Notes under the pieces: model-generated | Told to the model about the DNA's origin: nothing | Seen by the model: the letters and a program-made list of their open reading frames with translations, nothing else | Database searches by the model: none | In this document: in pieces, positions 14,982 through 30,796 of the stretch | How positions within the stretch are numbered: position 1 is the stretch's first letter | Layout of the letters: each line of letters starts with the position of its first letter | Program-made: the position numbers and the translations under genes | From: Escherichia coli | Lineage (GTDB): Bacteria > Pseudomonadota > Gammaproteobacteria > Enterobacterales > Enterobacteriaceae | Reading direction: 5' to 3' (one strand) | Assembly (NCBI RefSeq): GCF_044647545.1 | Contig: NZ_CP172818.1 | DNA length: 64,000 nt

Positions 14982-15130
14982 TGGCGCAGCCCTCAATGTT
15001 GACGTTGCAGAAATTGCAATGTGACGTTGTGAATATATCAATTTCCGCAATAAATTTCCTGTCATATAGTGAATCCAATCTCGCAAACGCGAACCGAACA
15101 ATAAGAAGCACAACATCACGAGGAATCACC
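14982..15130. promoter_or_regulatory. divergent ilvY–ilvC promoter/operator region
   Basis: 149-bp interval between divergent ilvY and ilvC starts; IlvY operators are expected here from the known biology but I did not map them. Confidence 0.5.
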
Positions 15131-16606
15131 ATGGCTAACTACTTCAATACACTGAATCTGCGCCAGCAGCTGGCACAGTTGGGCAAATGTCGCTTTATGG
15201 GGCGCGATGAATTCGCCGATGGCGCGAGCTACCTTCAGGGTAAAAAAGTAGTCATCGTCGGCTGTGGCGCACAGGGTCTGAACCAGGGCCTGAACATGCG
15301 TGATTCTGGTCTCGATATCTCCTACGCTCTGCGTAAAGAAGCGATTGCTGAGAAGCGCGCATCCTGGCGTAAAGCAACCGAAAATGGTTTTAAAGTGGGT
15401 ACTTACGAAGAACTGATCCCACAGGCGGATCTGGTGGTTAACCTGACGCCGGACAAGCAGCACTCTGATGTAGTGCGCACCGTACAGCCACTGATGAAAG
15501 ACGGCGCGGCGCTGGGTTACTCGCATGGTTTCAACATCGTGGAAGTAGGCGAGCAGATCCGTAAAGACATCACCGTAGTAATGGTTGCGCCGAAATGCCC
15601 TGGCACCGAAGTGCGTGAAGAGTACAAACGTGGATTCGGCGTACCGACGCTGATTGCCGTTCACCCGGAAAACGATCCGAAAGGCGAAGGCATGGCGATC
15701 GCTAAAGCGTGGGCGGCGGCAACCGGTGGTCATCGTGCGGGCGTGCTGGAATCCTCTTTCGTTGCGGAAGTGAAATCTGACCTGATGGGCGAGCAAACCA
15801 TCCTGTGCGGTATGTTGCAGGCTGGCTCTCTGCTGTGCTTCGACAAGCTCGTGGAAGAAGGCACCGATCCGGCATATGCCGAAAAACTGATTCAGTTCGG
15901 TTGGGAAACCATCACCGAAGCGCTGAAACAGGGCGGCATCACCCTGATGATGGACCGTCTCTCTAACCCGGCGAAACTGCGCGCTTACGCGCTGTCAGAA
16001 CAGCTGAAAGAGATCATGGCACCGCTGTTCCAGAAACATATGGACGACATCATCTCCGGCGAATTCTCCTCCGGCATGATGGCGGACTGGGCCAACGATG
16101 ATAAGAAACTGCTGACCTGGCGTGAAGAGACCGGCAAAACCGCGTTTGAAACCGCGCCGCAGTATGAAGGTAAAATCGGCGAGCAGGAGTACTTCGATAA
16201 AGGCGTACTGATGATCGCGATGGTGAAAGCGGGCGTTGAACTGGCGTTCGAAACCATGGTCGATTCCGGCATCATTGAAGAGTCTGCTTACTATGAATCA
16301 CTGCACGAGCTGCCGCTGATTGCCAACACCATCGCCCGTAAGCGTCTGTACGAAATGAACGTGGTTATCTCTGATACCGCTGAGTACGGTAACTATCTGT
16401 TCTCTTACGCTTGTGTGCCGCTGCTGAAACCGTTTATGGCAGAGCTGCAACCGGGCGACCTGGGTAAAGCTATTCCGGAAGGTGCGGTAGATAACGCGCA
16501 GTTGCGTGATGTGAACGAAGCGATTCGCAGCCATGCGATTGAGCAGGTAGGTAAGAAACTGCGCGGCTATATGACGGATATGAAACGTATTGCTGTTGCA
16601 GGTTAA
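15131..16606 (+). CDS. ilvC: ketol-acid reductoisomerase (NADP+)
   Basis: 491-aa [31 protein letters not shown]...; the ORF track's upstream extension is not coding. Confidence 0.9.
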   Translation: MANYFNTLNLRQQLAQLGKCRFMGRDEFADGASYLQGKKVVIVGCGAQGLNQGLNMRDSGLDISYALRKEAIAEKRASWRKATENGFKVGTYEELIPQADLVVNLTPDKQHSDVVRTVQPLMKDGAALGYSHGFNIVEVGEQIRKDITVVMVAPKCPGTEVREEYKRGFGVPTLIAVHPENDPKGEGMAIAKAWAAATGGHRAGVLESSFVAEVKSDLMGEQTILCGMLQAGSLLCFDKLVEEGTDPAYAEKLIQFGWETITEALKQGGITLMMDRLSNPAKLRAYALSEQLKEIMAPLFQKHMDDIISGEFSSGMMADWANDDKKLLTWREETGKTAFETAPQYEGKIGEQEYFDKGVLMIAMVKAGVELAFETMVDSGIIEESAYYESLHELPLIANTIARKRLYEMNVVISDTAEYGNYLFSYACVPLLKPFMAELQPGDLGKAIPEGAVDNAQLRDVNEAIRSHAIEQVGKKLRGYMTDMKRIAVAG

Positions 16607-16618
16607 GTGCGTGAGTTC

Positions 16619-16643
16619 AAGGCCTTCTCCCGGAGAAGGCCTT
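16619..16643. terminator. stem-loop between convergent ilvC and ppiC
   Basis: AAGGCCTTCTCC-CGGA-GAAGGCCTT perfect inverted repeat; T-tract is weak, so it may function as a bidirectional terminator. Confidence 0.55.
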
Positions 16644-16647
16644 GCTA

Positions 16648-19018
<2,371 letters not shown>

Positions 19019-19032
19019 TCAAGGCCGGAAAA

Positions 19033-19056
19033 GATGTGTCAGCATCGCATCCGGCA
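19033..19056. repeat. REP-like palindromic element
   Basis: GATGTGTCAGCATCGCATCCGGCA resembles REP units (GCCGGATGCG core) in the rep–gppA convergent spacer. Confidence 0.45.
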
Positions 19057-19064
19057 CTTACTCA

Positions 19065-20549
19065 TTAATGCACTTCCAGCGGCCAGTGGACATAGCTCTG
19101 CCACTGGCTTTCCTGATCAATAATCTCTTTACCCAGCGGATGTTGGGTTAGCCAACCTTGCGGAAGCGTCAAGGTCAACAGTTCATGGTTAGCCTGTAAT
19201 GTCATCTCTGGCACGAGATCGTCACGGCGACGGCTGGCAAAAATGATAGCCAGGCGGAGTAAACGGCAGAGTTGTTCTGCGACGCGCGGTGGTACGGCAT
19301 TTTGCTGATGCAGCGATGAGAGATCGACCGGATTAGTCTGGTTGAGCAGTAGCGTCGCCAGCAGTTTTTTCTGTGCGGGGGTAAAACCGGGAAGATCCAG
19401 ATTACGCACCAGATAAGCAGCGTGTTGCGGCGCTTGTTTGAAGTCAACGCTCAGGCCGATTTCATGAAGCTGGCAGGCGCTGATGAGCAAATCGCGGCTT
19501 ATTGCTTCAAGATGCCATTCATTTTCCACCTGATCGAAGAAGTTAGCCGCAACTTTGGCTACGCGCTGTGCCTGATCAATATCGATCATAAAGCGGCGCT
19601 GAATATTACGCAGCGTACGGCTGCGAATATCCTGCTCGACGGTAAGATGCAACATACCGTAGACCAGGCCTTCACGCAGCGCACCGCCCGCCAGGGTCAT
19701 ACACTGAATATTCAGTTCGGTAAAAATGGCTATCAGGATCGCCAGACCACTCGGGAACACTAACGCACGTTCCAGCGTCAGCCCGTCAATCTCCAGTTCC
19801 TCCAGCCGACCGCAATGAATGGCGCGTTGTTTCAGTTGCTGCAACTTTTCCAGGGTAATGCGTTCATCCATCCCCTGTGCCATCATGATTTCCTGTAACG
19901 CCTGCACGGTGCCGGAAGCGCCAACGCACACTTTCCAGCCGTGATACCGTAATTCATCGGCAACCGGACGTAACACTTTGCGTGCCGCTTTTTCTGCAGC
20001 ATCAAAATTTTCCTGCCCCAGATTACGATCGGCAAAATAGCGTTCCAGCCAGGTGACGCAGCCCATCGACAGGCTGAACAACGAGGTGGTTTGTGCACCC
20101 GTGCCGGTTACCAGTTCCGTACTGGCACCGCCTATATCCACCACCAGGCGCTGATCGGCACCTCCAGTTGTGTGAGCAACGCCCTGATAAATCAGACGTG
20201 CTTCCTCTTCACCGCTGATCACCTGTACCGGACAACCGAGGATTTCCTGTGCTTTGGCGATAAAATCACCCGCATTGACGGCTAGTCGTAATGTCGCCGT
20301 AGCGACAACGCGAATTTGCGAGGGAGGGATATCTTGCAGACGTTCAGCAAACAGGCGCAGACATTGCCAACCGCGCTCCATTGCTTCATTAGAGAGGGCA
20401 TTTTCGCTATTCAGGCCAGCAGCCAGACGCACTTTGCGTTTAATTCGCGTCAGCGTCTGGATGCTTCCAGCCACCTCGCGCACAACCAGCATATGAAAAC
20501 TATTCGAACCGAGATCAATGGCTGCATACAGCGACGAGGTGGAACCCAT
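19065..20549 (-). CDS. gppA: guanosine pentaphosphate phosphohydrolase
   Basis: 494-aa protein [23 protein letters not shown]... (Ppx/GppA family). Confidence 0.9.
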   Translation of the reverse strand: MGSTSSLYAAIDLGSNSFHMLVVREVAGSIQTLTRIKRKVRLAAGLNSENALSNEAMERGWQCLRLFAERLQDIPPSQIRVVATATLRLAVNAGDFIAKAQEILGCPVQVISGEEEARLIYQGVAHTTGGADQRLVVDIGGASTELVTGTGAQTTSLFSLSMGCVTWLERYFADRNLGQENFDAAEKAARKVLRPVADELRYHGWKVCVGASGTVQALQEIMMAQGMDERITLEKLQQLKQRAIHCGRLEELEIDGLTLERALVFPSGLAILIAIFTELNIQCMTLAGGALREGLVYGMLHLTVEQDIRSRTLRNIQRRFMIDIDQAQRVAKVAANFFDQVENEWHLEAISRDLLISACQLHEIGLSVDFKQAPQHAAYLVRNLDLPGFTPAQKKLLATLLLNQTNPVDLSSLHQQNAVPPRVAEQLCRLLRLAIIFASRRRDDLVPEMTLQANHELLTLTLPQGWLTQHPLGKEIIDQESQWQSYVHWPLEVH

Positions 20550-20683
20550 ACTCTTCATCCTTCAATCTGTCTCTGCGTTGGCTGCGTTCTTTCACCCAAA
20601 TCACTTACTACAGCATGCGCATCGGGATTCATTCTCTTGCCATCTTGATACAGTTTGAATGATTTTGAGTATGACATTTTTAT

Positions 20684-21949
20684 TTAACCTGAACGACGAC
20701 GATTACGCGGAGCGCCAGTACGACGCGGACCATTGCCTGTACGCGGGCGCGTGAGGCGCAGCGGTTTAGGCAGATCGGTCATCAATGCGTCCGGATTGTA
20801 TTTGCTTACCGGAATTGAGTGACCAATATAGGTCTCAATAGCAGGCAAATTCAATGCATACTCTTCACACGCCAGGCTGATGGAATGACCGCTTGCGCCT
20901 GCGCGACCTGTACGACCAATACGGTGAACGTAATCTTCACAGTCATCGGGTAAATCGTAGTTAAAGACGTGCGTCACAGCCGGGATATGCAGGCCACGCG
21001 CGGCAACGTCGGTGGCAACCAGAATATCCAGATCGCCACGGGTAAATTCATCAAGAATACGCAGACGTTTTTTCTGCGCGACATCGCCTGTCAACAAACC
21101 GACACGATGACCATCTGCCGCCAGGTGGCCCCAGATCTCTTCACAACGGTGTTTGGTGTTGGCGAAAATAATCGCTCTGTCTGGCCACTCTTCTTCGATC
21201 AGCGTTTGCAGCAAACGCATTTTTTCTTCGTTAGAAGGGTAGAAAAGCTCTTCTTTAATACGGTGGCCCGTTTTCTGTTCCGGTTCCACTTCAATATATT
21301 CGGCATTGTTCATCTGCTCGAACGCCAGTTCACGTACCCGGTACGAAAGCGTGGCGGAGAACAGCATGTTGAGGCGCTGGTTTGCAGGTGGCATACGGCG
21401 GAACAGCCAGCGGATATCTTTAATAAAGCCCAGATCGTACATGCGATCGGCTTCGTCCAGCACCACCACCTGAATGGCTCCGAGGTTAATGTGGTTCTGC
21501 TTGGCGTAGTCAATTAAACGACCCGTGGTGCCAATCAGAATGTCAACGCCGCTTTCCAGCACTTTCAGCTGTTTGTCGTAGCCATCACCACCGTAAGCCA
21601 GACCCAGCTTCAGGCCGGTAGCTTGCGCAAGTGGCTCCGCGTCGGCGTGGATCTGCACGGCAAGTTCACGCGTCGGTGCCATAATTAAGGCACGCGGTTG
21701 ATTCACCTTGCGATCGGCTATCGCAGGATGAGAGAGAAGATAATGAAACGTTGACGTAAGAAACGCCATCGTTTTCCCGGTACCGGTTTGCGCCTGCCCG
21801 GCTACGTCACGACCCGCCAGCGTCAGCGGAAGGGCCAGTGCCTGAATGGGCGTACAGTTATGAAACCCTTTTTTTTCAAGGGCTTCTACAACCTTCGGAT
21901 GCAGGGCGAAGTCGGAAAACTTCTGTTCTGTTAAATGTGTTTTGCTCAT
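20684..21949 (-). CDS. rhlB: ATP-dependent RNA helicase RhlB (DEAD-box)
   Basis: 421-aa ORF with Q-motif, Walker [13 protein letters not shown] box (VLDEAD) and Arg-rich C-terminus. Confidence 0.9.
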   Translation of the reverse strand: MSKTHLTEQKFSDFALHPKVVEALEKKGFHNCTPIQALALPLTLAGRDVAGQAQTGTGKTMAFLTSTFHYLLSHPAIADRKVNQPRALIMAPTRELAVQIHADAEPLAQATGLKLGLAYGGDGYDKQLKVLESGVDILIGTTGRLIDYAKQNHINLGAIQVVVLDEADRMYDLGFIKDIRWLFRRMPPANQRLNMLFSATLSYRVRELAFEQMNNAEYIEVEPEQKTGHRIKEELFYPSNEEKMRLLQTLIEEEWPDRAIIFANTKHRCEEIWGHLAADGHRVGLLTGDVAQKKRLRILDEFTRGDLDILVATDVAARGLHIPAVTHVFNYDLPDDCEDYVHRIGRTGRAGASGHSISLACEEYALNLPAIETYIGHSIPVSKYNPDALMTDLPKPLRLTRPRTGNGPRRTGAPRNRRRSG

Positions 21950-22079
21950 AGTGTGGTAGAATATCAGCTTACTATTGCTTTACGAAAGCGTATCCGGTGA
22001 AATAAAGTCAACCTTTAGTTGGTTAATGTTACACCAACAACGAAACCAACACGCCAGGCTTATTCCTGTGGAGTTATAT

Positions 22080-22409
22080 ATGAGCGATAAAATTATTCAC
22101 CTGACTGACGACAGTTTTGACACGGATGTACTCAAAGCGGACGGGGCGATCCTCGTTGATTTCTGGGCAGAGTGGTGCGGTCCGTGCAAAATGATCGCCC
22201 CGATTCTGGATGAAATCGCTGACGAATATCAGGGCAAACTGACCGTTGCAAAACTGAACATCGATCAAAACCCTGGCACTGCGCCGAAATATGGCATCCG
22301 TGGTATCCCGACTCTGCTGCTGTTCAAAAACGGTGAAGTGGCGGCAACCAAAGTGGGCGCACTGTCTAAAGGTCAGTTGAAAGAGTTCCTCGACGCTAAC
22401 CTGGCGTAA
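22080..22409 (+). CDS. trxA: thioredoxin 1
   Basis: 109-aa [41 protein letters not shown]... with WCGPC active site; ORF-track upstream extension is not coding. Confidence 0.95.
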
Positions 22410-22549
22410 GGGAATTTCATGTTCGGGTGCCCCGTCGCTAAAAACTGGACGCCCGGCGTGAGTCATGCTAACTTAGTGTTGACTTCGTATTAAACATACC
22501 TTATTAAGTTTGAATCTTGTAATTTCCAACGCTTCCCGTTTTATCTTAA

Positions 22550-22651
22550 ATGCGAAGTGAACAGATTTCTGGCTCGTCACTCAATCCGTCTTGTCGTTTC
22601 AGTTCTGCGTACTCTCCTGTGACCAGGCAGCGAAAAGACATGAGTCGATGA
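22550..22651 (+). CDS. rhoL: rho operon leader peptide
   Basis: 33-codon ORF MRSEQISGSSLNPSCRFSSAYSPVTRQRKDMSR in the rho 5' leader. Confidence 0.7.
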   Translation: MRSEQISGSSLNPSCRFSSAYSPVTRQRKDMSR

Positions 22652-22735
22652 CCGTAAACAGGCATGGATGATCCTGCCATACCATTCACAACATTAAGTT
22701 CGAGATTTACCCCAAGTTTAAGAACTCACACCACT

Positions 22736-23995
22736 ATGAATCTTACCGAATTAAAGAATACGCCGGTTTCTGAGCTGATCACTCTCGGCGAAAATATGGG
22801 GCTGGAAAACCTGGCTCGTATGCGTAAGCAGGACATTATTTTTGCCATCCTGAAGCAGCACGCAAAGAGTGGCGAAGATATCTTTGGTGATGGCGTACTG
22901 GAGATATTGCAGGATGGATTTGGTTTCCTCCGTTCCGCAGACAGCTCCTACCTCGCCGGTCCTGATGACATCTACGTTTCTCCTAGCCAAATCCGCCGTT
23001 TCAACCTCCGCACTGGTGATACCATCTCTGGTAAGATTCGCCCGCCGAAAGAAGGTGAACGCTATTTTGCGCTGCTGAAAGTTAACGAAGTTAACTTCGA
23101 CAAACCTGAAAACGCCCGCAACAAAATCCTCTTTGAGAACTTAACCCCGCTGCACGCAAACTCTCGTCTGCGCATGGAACGTGGTAACGGTTCTACTGAA
23201 GATTTAACCGCTCGCGTACTGGACTTGGCATCACCTATCGGTCGTGGTCAGCGTGGTCTGATTGTGGCACCGCCGAAAGCCGGTAAAACCATGCTGCTGC
23301 AGAACATTGCTCAGAGCATTGCTTACAACCACCCGGATTGTGTGCTGATGGTTCTGCTGATCGACGAACGTCCGGAAGAAGTCACCGAGATGCAGCGTCT
23401 GGTAAAAGGTGAAGTTGTTGCTTCTACCTTTGACGAACCCGCATCTCGCCACGTTCAGGTTGCGGAAATGGTGATCGAGAAGGCGAAACGCCTGGTTGAG
23501 CACAAGAAAGACGTTATCATTCTGCTCGACTCCATCACTCGTCTGGCGCGCGCTTACAACACCGTTGTTCCGGCGTCAGGTAAAGTGTTGACCGGTGGTG
23601 TGGATGCCAATGCTCTGCATCGTCCGAAACGCTTCTTTGGTGCGGCGCGTAACGTGGAAGAGGGCGGCAGCCTGACCATCATCGCTACCGCGCTTATCGA
23701 TACCGGTTCCAAGATGGACGAAGTTATCTACGAAGAGTTTAAAGGTACAGGGAACATGGAACTGCACCTTTCTCGTAAGATTGCTGAAAAACGCGTCTTC
23801 CCGGCTATCGACTACAACCGTTCCGGTACCCGTAAAGAAGAGCTGCTCACCACTCAGGAAGAGCTGCAGAAAATGTGGATCCTGCGCAAAATCATTCACC
23901 CGATGGGCGAAATCGACGCAATGGAATTCCTCATTAATAAACTGGCAATGACCAAGACCAATGACGATTTCTTCGAAATGATGAAACGCTCATAA
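22736..23995 (+). CDS. rho: transcription termination factor Rho
   Basis: 419-aa protein [40 protein letters not shown]...; Walker A APPKAGKT. Confidence 0.95.
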
Positions 23996-24009
23996 ATTTG
24001 TCTTATGCC

Positions 24010-24044
24010 AAAAACGCCACGTGTTTACGTGGCGTTTTGTTTTT
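24010..24044 (+). terminator. rho-independent terminator after rho
   Basis: AAAACGCCACGTG-TTTA-CGTGGCGTTTTGTTTTT. Confidence 0.7.
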
Positions 24045-24222
24045 ATATCTGTAATCTTAACGGCGTTATAACAAATACGAGTTATGTTTGTTTATTGCGC
24101 ATAACACGAATCACGTGGTTGTTTTTTGCACAAGGTTGGTGGGTTCAGAGCAGAGTTTCCCTTCTGAATAAAGGCCTTCGTGGTTATACTTCTGCTAATA
24201 ATTTTCTCTGAGAGCATGCATT

Positions 24223-25326
24223 GTGAATTTACTGACAGTGAGTACTGATCTCATCAGTATTTTTTTATTCACGACACTGTTTCTGTTTTTTGCCCGAAAG
24301 GTAGCAAAAAAAGTCGGTTTAGTGGATAAACCTAACTTCCGCAAACGTCACCAGGGATTGATACCTCTCGTTGGGGGTATTTCGGTTTATGCAGGGATTT
24401 GCTTCACGTTCGGAATTGTCGATTACTATATTCCGCATGCATCTCTCTATCTCGCTTGTGCCGGTGTGCTTGTTTTCATTGGCGCGCTGGATGACCGTTT
24501 TGATATCAGCGTAAAAATCCGTGCCACCATACAGGCCGCTGTTGGCATTGTTATGATGGTGTTCGGCAAACTTTATCTCAGTAGCCTGGGTTATATCTTT
24601 GGCTCCTGGGAGATGGTGCTCGGACCGTTTGGCTACTTCCTGACGCTATTTGCCGTCTGGGCGGCCATTAATGCGTTCAACATGGTTGATGGCATTGATG
24701 GCTTGCTGGGCGGGTTGTCCTGCGTCTCGTTTGCAGCAATCGGTATGATTTTGTGGTTCGACGGGCAAACCAGCCTTGCAATCTGGTGTTTTGCGATGAT
24801 CGCCGCCATCCTGCCATACATCATGCTTAACCTTGGTATCCTGGGTCGCCGCTACAAAGTCTTTATGGGGGATGCGGGCAGTACGCTGATTGGTTTTACC
24901 GTTATCTGGATCCTGCTCGAAACGACCCAGGGCAAAACTCATCCCATCAGCCCGGTTACCGCTTTGTGGATAATCGCCATTCCACTAATGGATATGGTGG
25001 CGATTATGTACCGTCGCCTGCGTAAAGGCATGAGCCCATTCTCTCCTGACCGTCAGCATATTCACCATTTGATCATGCGTGCCGGGTTTACTTCCCGCCA
25101 GGCGTTTGTGCTGATTACCCTTGCCGCAGCACTGCTCGCTTCCATTGGCGTGCTGGCAGAATATTCTCATTTTGTCCCGGAGTGGGTCATGCTGGTGCTC
25201 TTTTTGCTAGCATTCTTCCTCTATGGATATTGCATCAAGCGTGCCTGGAAAGTTGCTCGCTTTATTAAGCGCGTAAAACGCAGACTGCGTAGAAATCGTG
25301 GTGGCAGCCCCAATTTAACCAAATAA
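24223..25326 (+). CDS. wecA: UDP-GlcNAc:undecaprenyl-phosphate GlcNAc-1-phosphate transferase
   Basis: 367-aa polytopic membrane protein, GTG start; first gene of the enterobacterial common antigen (ECA) cluster after rho. Confidence 0.9.
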   Translation: MNLLTVSTDLISIFLFTTLFLFFARKVAKKVGLVDKPNFRKRHQGLIPLVGGISVYAGICFTFGIVDYYIPHASLYLACAGVLVFIGALDDRFDISVKIRATIQAAVGIVMMVFGKLYLSSLGYIFGSWEMVLGPFGYFLTLFAVWAAINAFNMVDGIDGLLGGLSCVSFAAIGMILWFDGQTSLAIWCFAMIAAILPYIMLNLGILGRRYKVFMGDAGSTLIGFTVIWILLETTQGKTHPISPVTALWIIAIPLMDMVAIMYRRLRKGMSPFSPDRQHIHHLIMRAGFTSRQAFVLITLAAALLASIGVLAEYSHFVPEWVMLVLFLLAFFLYGYCIKRAWKVARFIKRVKRRLRRNRGGSPNLTK

Positions 25327-25337
25327 ATGAGGATGTG

Positions 25338-26384
25338 ATGACACAACCAATGCCTGGGAAACCGGCCGAAGACGCTGAAAATGAACTGGATATTCGTGGG
25401 TTGTTTCGTACCTTGTGGGCTGGGAAGCTGTGGATTATTGGCATGGGGCTGGCGTTTGCGTTAATCGCGCTGGCGTATACTTTTTTTGCTCGTCAGGAGT
25501 GGAGCTCGACGGCGATTACCGATCGTCCAACGGTGAATATGCTGGGGGGATATTACTCGCAGCAGCAATTTTTGCGTAACCTGGATGTCCGTTCAAACAT
25601 GGCTTCTGCCGACCAACCATCGGTCATGGACGAAGCCTATAAAGAGTTTGTTATGCAACTGGCCTCGTGGGATACCCGCAGAGAGTTCTGGCTGCAAACC
25701 GACTATTACAAACAGCGGATGGTGGGCAATAGCAAAGCCGATGCGGCGTTGCTGGATGAAATGATCAACAACATCGTGTTTATTCCCGGTGACTTCACCC
25801 GCGCGGTCAATGACAGCGTGAAGCTGATTGCCGAAACCGCGCCTGACGCTAATAACCTGTTACGTCAGTATGTTGCTTTTGCCAGCCAGCGTGCAGCCAG
25901 CCATCTGAATGATGAGCTGAAAGGTGCATGGGCGGCGCGCACCATCCAGATGAAAGCTCAGGTGAAGCGTCAGGAAGAGGTGGCGAAAGCCATCTACGAC
26001 CGCCGGATGAACAGTATTGAACAGGCGCTGAAAATTGCTGAGCAGCATAATATTTCGCGCAGTGCGACAGATGTGCCTGCCGAGGAGTTACCTGATTCAG
26101 AAATGTTCCTGCTTGGGCGTCCAATGCTCCAGGCTCGACTGGAAAATTTACAGGCCGTCGGTCCGGCCTTTGATCTCGACTATGATCAGAATCGGGCCAT
26201 GTTAAACACCCTGAATGTTGGTCCAACCCTGGATCCGCGTTTTCAGACCTATCGCTATTTGCGTACGCCGGAAGAACCGGTAAAACGCGATAGCCCACGT
26301 CGTGCCTTCCTGATGATTATGTGGGGCATTGTCGGGGGGCTGATCGGGGCTGGTGTCGCATTAACCCGCCGTTGCTCGAAATAG
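25338..26384 (+). CDS. wzzE: ECA chain-length regulator (Wzz family)
   Basis: [30 protein letters not shown]... with N- and C-terminal TM segments and periplasmic coiled-coil region. Confidence 0.85.
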   Translation: MTQPMPGKPAEDAENELDIRGLFRTLWAGKLWIIGMGLAFALIALAYTFFARQEWSSTAITDRPTVNMLGGYYSQQQFLRNLDVRSNMASADQPSVMDEAYKEFVMQLASWDTRREFWLQTDYYKQRMVGNSKADAALLDEMINNIVFIPGDFTRAVNDSVKLIAETAPDANNLLRQYVAFASQRAASHLNDELKGAWAARTIQMKAQVKRQEEVAKAIYDRRMNSIEQALKIAEQHNISRSATDVPAEELPDSEMFLLGRPMLQARLENLQAVGPAFDLDYDQNRAMLNTLNVGPTLDPRFQTYRYLRTPEEPVKRDSPRRAFLMIMWGIVGGLIGAGVALTRRCSK

Positions 26385-26439
26385 CAACACTGCTGTGGTG
26401 AGCGCAAAGGCGCTCGCCGCTTATTCGAAGAGAATCGAT

Positions 26440-27570
26440 GTGAAAGTACTGACTGTATTTGGTACGCGCCCGGAAGCCATCAAGATGGCTCCGTTGGTGC
26501 ATGCGTTGGCAAAAGATCCTTTTTTTGAGGCTAAAGTTTGCGTCACTGCGCAGCATCGGGAGATGCTCGATCAGGTGCTGAAACTCTTTTCCATTGTACC
26601 TGACTACGATCTCAACATAATGCAGCCAGGACAGGGCCTGACAGAGATAACCTGTCGGATTCTGGAAGGGCTAAAACCTATTCTTGCCGAGTTCAAACCA
26701 GACGTCGTGCTGGTTCACGGCGATACTACTACAACGCTGGCAACCAGCCTGGCGGCGTTTTATCAGCGTATTCCAGTTGGTCACGTTGAGGCAGGTCTGC
26801 GCACGGGCGATCTCTATTCGCCGTGGCCGGAAGAGGCTAACCGTACATTGACCGGGCATCTGGCGATGTATCACTTCTCTCCAACCGAAACTTCCCGGCA
26901 AAACTTGCTGCGTGAAAACGTTGCTGACAGCCGAATCTTCATTACCGGTAATACTGTCATCGATGCACTGTTATGGGTGCGTGACCAGGTGATGAGCAGC
27001 GACACGCTGCGTTCAGAACTGGCGGCAAATTACCCGTTTATCGACCCCGATAAAAAGATGATTCTGGTGACCGGTCACAGGCGTGAGAGCTTCGGTCGTG
27101 GCTTTGAAGAAATCTGCCAGGCGCTGGCAGACATCGCCATCACGCACCAGGACATCCAGATTGTCTATCCAGTGCATCTCAACCCGAACGTCAGAGAGCC
27201 GGTCAATCGCATTCTGGGGCATGTGAAAAATGTCATTCTGATCGATCCCCAGGAGTATTTACCGTTTGTCTGGCTGATGAACCACGCCTGGCTGATTTTG
27301 ACCGACTCAGGCGGCATTCAGGAAGAAGCGCCTTCGCTGGGGAAACCGGTGCTGGTGATGCGCGATACCACTGAGCGTCCGGAAGCGGTGACAGCGGGGA
27401 CGGTGCGTCTGGTCGGCACGGATAAGCAGCGAATTGTCGAGGAAGTGACGCGTCTTTTAAAAGACGAAAACGAATATCAAGCTATGAGCCGCGCCCATAA
27501 CCCGTATGGTGATGGTCAGGCATGCTCTCGCATTCTGGAAGCGTTAAAAAATAATCGGATATCACTATGA
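26440..27570 (+). CDS. wecB: UDP-N-acetylglucosamine 2-epimerase
   Basis: (GTG)[22 protein letters not shown]... 376 aa; I place the start at GTG 26440 rather than the track's upstream start. Confidence 0.9.
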   Translation: MKVLTVFGTRPEAIKMAPLVHALAKDPFFEAKVCVTAQHREMLDQVLKLFSIVPDYDLNIMQPGQGLTEITCRILEGLKPILAEFKPDVVLVHGDTTTTLATSLAAFYQRIPVGHVEAGLRTGDLYSPWPEEANRTLTGHLAMYHFSPTETSRQNLLRENVADSRIFITGNTVIDALLWVRDQVMSSDTLRSELAANYPFIDPDKKMILVTGHRRESFGRGFEEICQALADIAITHQDIQIVYPVHLNPNVREPVNRILGHVKNVILIDPQEYLPFVWLMNHAWLILTDSGGIQEEAPSLGKPVLVMRDTTERPEAVTAGTVRLVGTDKQRIVEEVTRLLKDENEYQAMSRAHNPYGDGQACSRILEALKNNRISL

Positions 27571-28829
27571 GTTTTGCGACCATTTCTGTTATCGGACTGG
27601 GTTACATCGGGCTGCCTACAGCAGCTGCGTTTGCCTCAAGGCAAAAACAGGTGATTGGTGTCGATATCAACCAACACGCGGTTGATACCATCAATCGTGG
27701 CGAAATCCATATCGCCGAACCTGATTTGGCGAGCGTAGTAAAAACTGCCGTAGAAGGCGGTTTTTTACGAGCGAGCACGACGCCAGTTGAAGCGGATGCT
27801 TGGCTGATTGCTGTACCCACGCCGTTTAAAGGCGATCATGAGCCAGATATGACCTACGTTGAATCGGCTGCTCGCTCCATTGCGCCAGTGCTGAAAAAAG
27901 GCGCGCTGGTGATCCTTGAATCCACCTCGCCGGTGGGGTCAACCGAGAAGATGGCAGAATGGTTAGCAGAGATGCGTCCAGATCTCACTTTCCCACAGCA
28001 GGTGGGCGAGTTGGCGGACGTCAACATTGCTTACTGTCCGGAACGCGTGTTACCGGGCCAGGTTATGGTCGAGCTGATTAAAAACGATCGCGTGATTGGT
28101 GGTATGACGCCGGTTTGTTCGGCCCGCGCCAGCGAACTGTACAAAATTTTCCTCGAAGGTGAGTGTGTCGTCACTAACTCGCGGACGGCGGAAATGTGTA
28201 AGCTCACCGAAAACAGCTTCCGCGATGTGAATATCGCTTTTGCTAACGAACTGTCGCTGATTTGTGCCGATCAGGGAATTAACGTCTGGGAACTGATTCG
28301 CCTGGCGAATCGTCACCCTCGCGTTAATATTCTTCAGCCTGGTCCTGGCGTGGGCGGTCACTGCATTGCTGTTGATCCGTGGTTTATCGTGGCACAGAAC
28401 CCGCAGCAGGCGCGGCTTATCCGTACCGCGCGCGAAGTGAACGATCACAAACCGTTCTGGGTTATCGATCAGGTGAAAGCGGCGGTTGCCGACTGCCTTG
28501 CTGCTACCGATAAACGCGCCAGTGAACTGAAAATCGCCTGCTTTGGTCTGGCGTTTAAACCGAATATTGATGACCTGCGCGAAAGCCCGGCGATGGAAAT
28601 CGCTGAACTGATCGCCCAGTGGCATAGCGGCGAAACGCTGGTTGTTGAGCCTAACATCCACCAGTTGCCGAAAAAACTGACCGGGCTTTGTACTCTGGCG
28701 CAGCTTGACGAGGCGCTGGCAACGGCAGACGTGCTGGTGATGCTGGTCGATCATAGTCAGTTCAAAGTTATCAATGGCGACAATGTCCATCAGCAGTATG
28801 TCGTCGATGCCAAAGGAGTTTGGCGCTGA
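27567..28829 (+). CDS. wecC: UDP-N-acetyl-D-mannosamine dehydrogenase
   Basis: 420-aa [29 protein letters not shown]... with Rossmann GxGxxG; start overlaps wecB stop. Confidence 0.9.
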   Translation: MSFATISVIGLGYIGLPTAAAFASRQKQVIGVDINQHAVDTINRGEIHIAEPDLASVVKTAVEGGFLRASTTPVEADAWLIAVPTPFKGDHEPDMTYVESAARSIAPVLKKGALVILESTSPVGSTEKMAEWLAEMRPDLTFPQQVGELADVNIAYCPERVLPGQVMVELIKNDRVIGGMTPVCSARASELYKIFLEGECVVTNSRTAEMCKLTENSFRDVNIAFANELSLICADQGINVWELIRLANRHPRVNILQPGPGVGGHCIAVDPWFIVAQNPQQARLIRTAREVNDHKPFWVIDQVKAAVADCLAATDKRASELKIACFGLAFKPNIDDLRESPAMEIAELIAQWHSGETLVVEPNIHQLPKKLTGLCTLAQLDEALATADVLVMLVDHSQFKVINGDNVHQQYVVDAKGVWR

Positions 28830-29896
28830 TGAGAAAGATTCTGATAACAGGTGGTGCCGGGTTTATTGGCTCGGCGCTGGTGCGTTATATCATCAACGAA
28901 ACGAGCGACGCGGTGATAGTGGTCGATAAGCTGACCTACGCCGGAAATCTGATGTCGCTGGCACCGGTCGCGCAAAGCGAGCGCTTTGCCTTTGAGAAAG
29001 TTGATATCTGCGATCGGGCAGAACTGGCGCGCGTATTCACTGAGTATCAGCCAGACTGTGTCATGCATCTGGCAGCCGAAAGCCATGTTGACCGTTCTAT
29101 TGACGGCCCGGCAGCGTTTATTGAAACCAACATTGTCGGGACTTATACACTGCTTGAAGCGGCGCGGACTTACTGGAATGCGCTGACGGAAGATAAAAAA
29201 TCAGCGTTCCGTTTTCATCATATCTCCACCGACGAAGTATATGGTGACCTGCACTCGACGGATGATTTCTTCACCGAAACCACGCCGTATGCGCCGAGTA
29301 GCCCTTATTCCGCGTCAAAAGCCAGCAGCGACCATCTGGTGCGCGCCTGGCTGCGGACCTATGGTCTGCCGACGCTTATCACCAACTGCTCGAATAACTA
29401 CGGTCCTTACCACTTTCCGGAAAAACTGATCCCGCTGATGATCCTCAACGCGCTGGCGGGTAAACCGCTGCCGGTATATGGCAACGGGCAGCAAATCCGT
29501 GACTGGCTGTATGTGGAAGATCACGCCCGCGCGCTGTATTGCGTGGCGACCACCGGGAAAGTCGGTGAAACCTATAATATTGGTGGTCACAACGAGCGTA
29601 AGAATCTCGATGTTGTGGAAACCATTTGCGAGCTGCTGGAAGAACTGGCTCCGAACAAGCCGCACGGCGTGGCGCACTATCGTGACCTGATCACCTTTGT
29701 CGCTGACCGTCCGGGGCATGATCTGCGTTATGCCATTGATGCTTCGAAAATTGCCCGTGAACTTGGCTGGCTGCCGCAGGAAACCTTTGAAAGTGGAATG
29801 CGTAAAACGGTGCAGTGGTATCTGGCTAATGAAATCTGGTGGAAGCAGGTGCAGGACGGCAGCTATCAGGGCGAGCGTTTAGGTCTGAAAGGCTAA
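28829..29896 (+). CDS. rffG: dTDP-glucose 4,6-dehydratase
   Basis: [22 protein letters not shown]... 355 aa, SDR fold with YxxxK. Confidence 0.9.
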   Translation: MRKILITGGAGFIGSALVRYIINETSDAVIVVDKLTYAGNLMSLAPVAQSERFAFEKVDICDRAELARVFTEYQPDCVMHLAAESHVDRSIDGPAAFIETNIVGTYTLLEAARTYWNALTEDKKSAFRFHHISTDEVYGDLHSTDDFFTETTPYAPSSPYSASKASSDHLVRAWLRTYGLPTLITNCSNNYGPYHFPEKLIPLMILNALAGKPLPVYGNGQQIRDWLYVEDHARALYCVATTGKVGETYNIGGHNERKNLDVVETICELLEELAPNKPHGVAHYRDLITFVADRPGHDLRYAIDASKIARELGWLPQETFESGMRKTVQWYLANEIWWKQVQDGSYQGERLGLKG

Positions 29897-29914
29897 TTTT
29901 CAGCGGAGGCAAAC

Positions 29915-30796
29915 ATGAAAGGTATTATCCTGGCGGGCGGTTCCGGCACCCGATTGCATCCGATTACGCGCGGCGTATCGAAGCAACTGTTGCCGATTTA
30001 CGATAAGCCAATGATTTACTATCCGCTGTCGGTGCTGATGCTGGCCGGTATCCGCGAAATTCTCATCATTACTACGCCGGAAGATAAAGGTTATTTCCAG
30101 CGCCTGCTGGGCGATGGTAGTGAGTTCGGTATCCAGCTGGAATACGCCGAACAGCCCAGCCCGGACGGTCTGGCGCAGGCCTTTATCATCGGTGAAACCT
30201 TCCTCAACGGTGAACCTTCTTGTCTGGTGCTGGGCGATAACATTTTCTTCGGTCAGGGCTTCAGTCCGAAGCTGCGTCATGTTGCGGCGCGCACGGAAGG
30301 GGCGACAGTATTTGGCTATCAGGTAATGGACCCGGAACGCTTTGGCGTGGTGGAGTTTGACGACAATTTCCGCGCTATCTCGCTGGAAGAAAAGCCAAAA
30401 CAGCCGAAATCAAACTGGGCGGTGACCGGGCTTTATTTCTACGACAGTAAAGTCGTGGAGTACGCAAAGCAGGTGACGCCGTCGGAGCGTGGTGAACTGG
30501 AGATTACCTCCATCAACCAGATGTACCTCGAGGCGGGTAACCTGACCGTTGAACTGCTCGGGCGCGGATTTGCCTGGCTGGACACCGGTACTCACGACAG
30601 CCTGATTGAAGCGAGTACCTTTGTACAGACGGTGGAAAAACGCCAGGGCTTTAAGATTGCCTGCCTGGAAGAGATCGCCTGGCGTAACGGCTGGCTCGAT
30701 GACGAGGGTGTGAAGCGTGCTGCCAGTTCATTAGCGAAAACTGGCTACGGCCAATATCTGCTGGAGTTACTTCGTGCCCGTCCGCGCCAGTATTGA
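29915..30796 (+). CDS. rffH: glucose-1-phosphate thymidylyltransferase
   Basis: [39 protein letters not shown]... 293 aa. Confidence 0.9.
   Translation: MKGIILAGGSGTRLHPITRGVSKQLLPIYDKPMIYYPLSVLMLAGIREILIITTPEDKGYFQRLLGDGSEFGIQLEYAEQPSPDGLAQAFIIGETFLNGEPSCLVLGDNIFFGQGFSPKLRHVAARTEGATVFGYQVMDPERFGVVEFDDNFRAISLEEKPKQPKSNWAVTGLYFYDSKVVEYAKQVTPSERGELEITSINQMYLEAGNLTVELLGRGFAWLDTGTHDSLIEASTFVQTVEKRQGFKIACLEEIAWRNGWLDDEGVKRAASSLAKTGYGQYLLELLRARPRQY

Noticed and set aside
14982-15119. Long N-terminal extension of ilvY in the ORF track (342 aa)
   Set aside because: The extension covers the ilvY–ilvC divergent promoter; the conserved LysR N-terminus ([17 protein letters not shown]) begins at the internal TTG.
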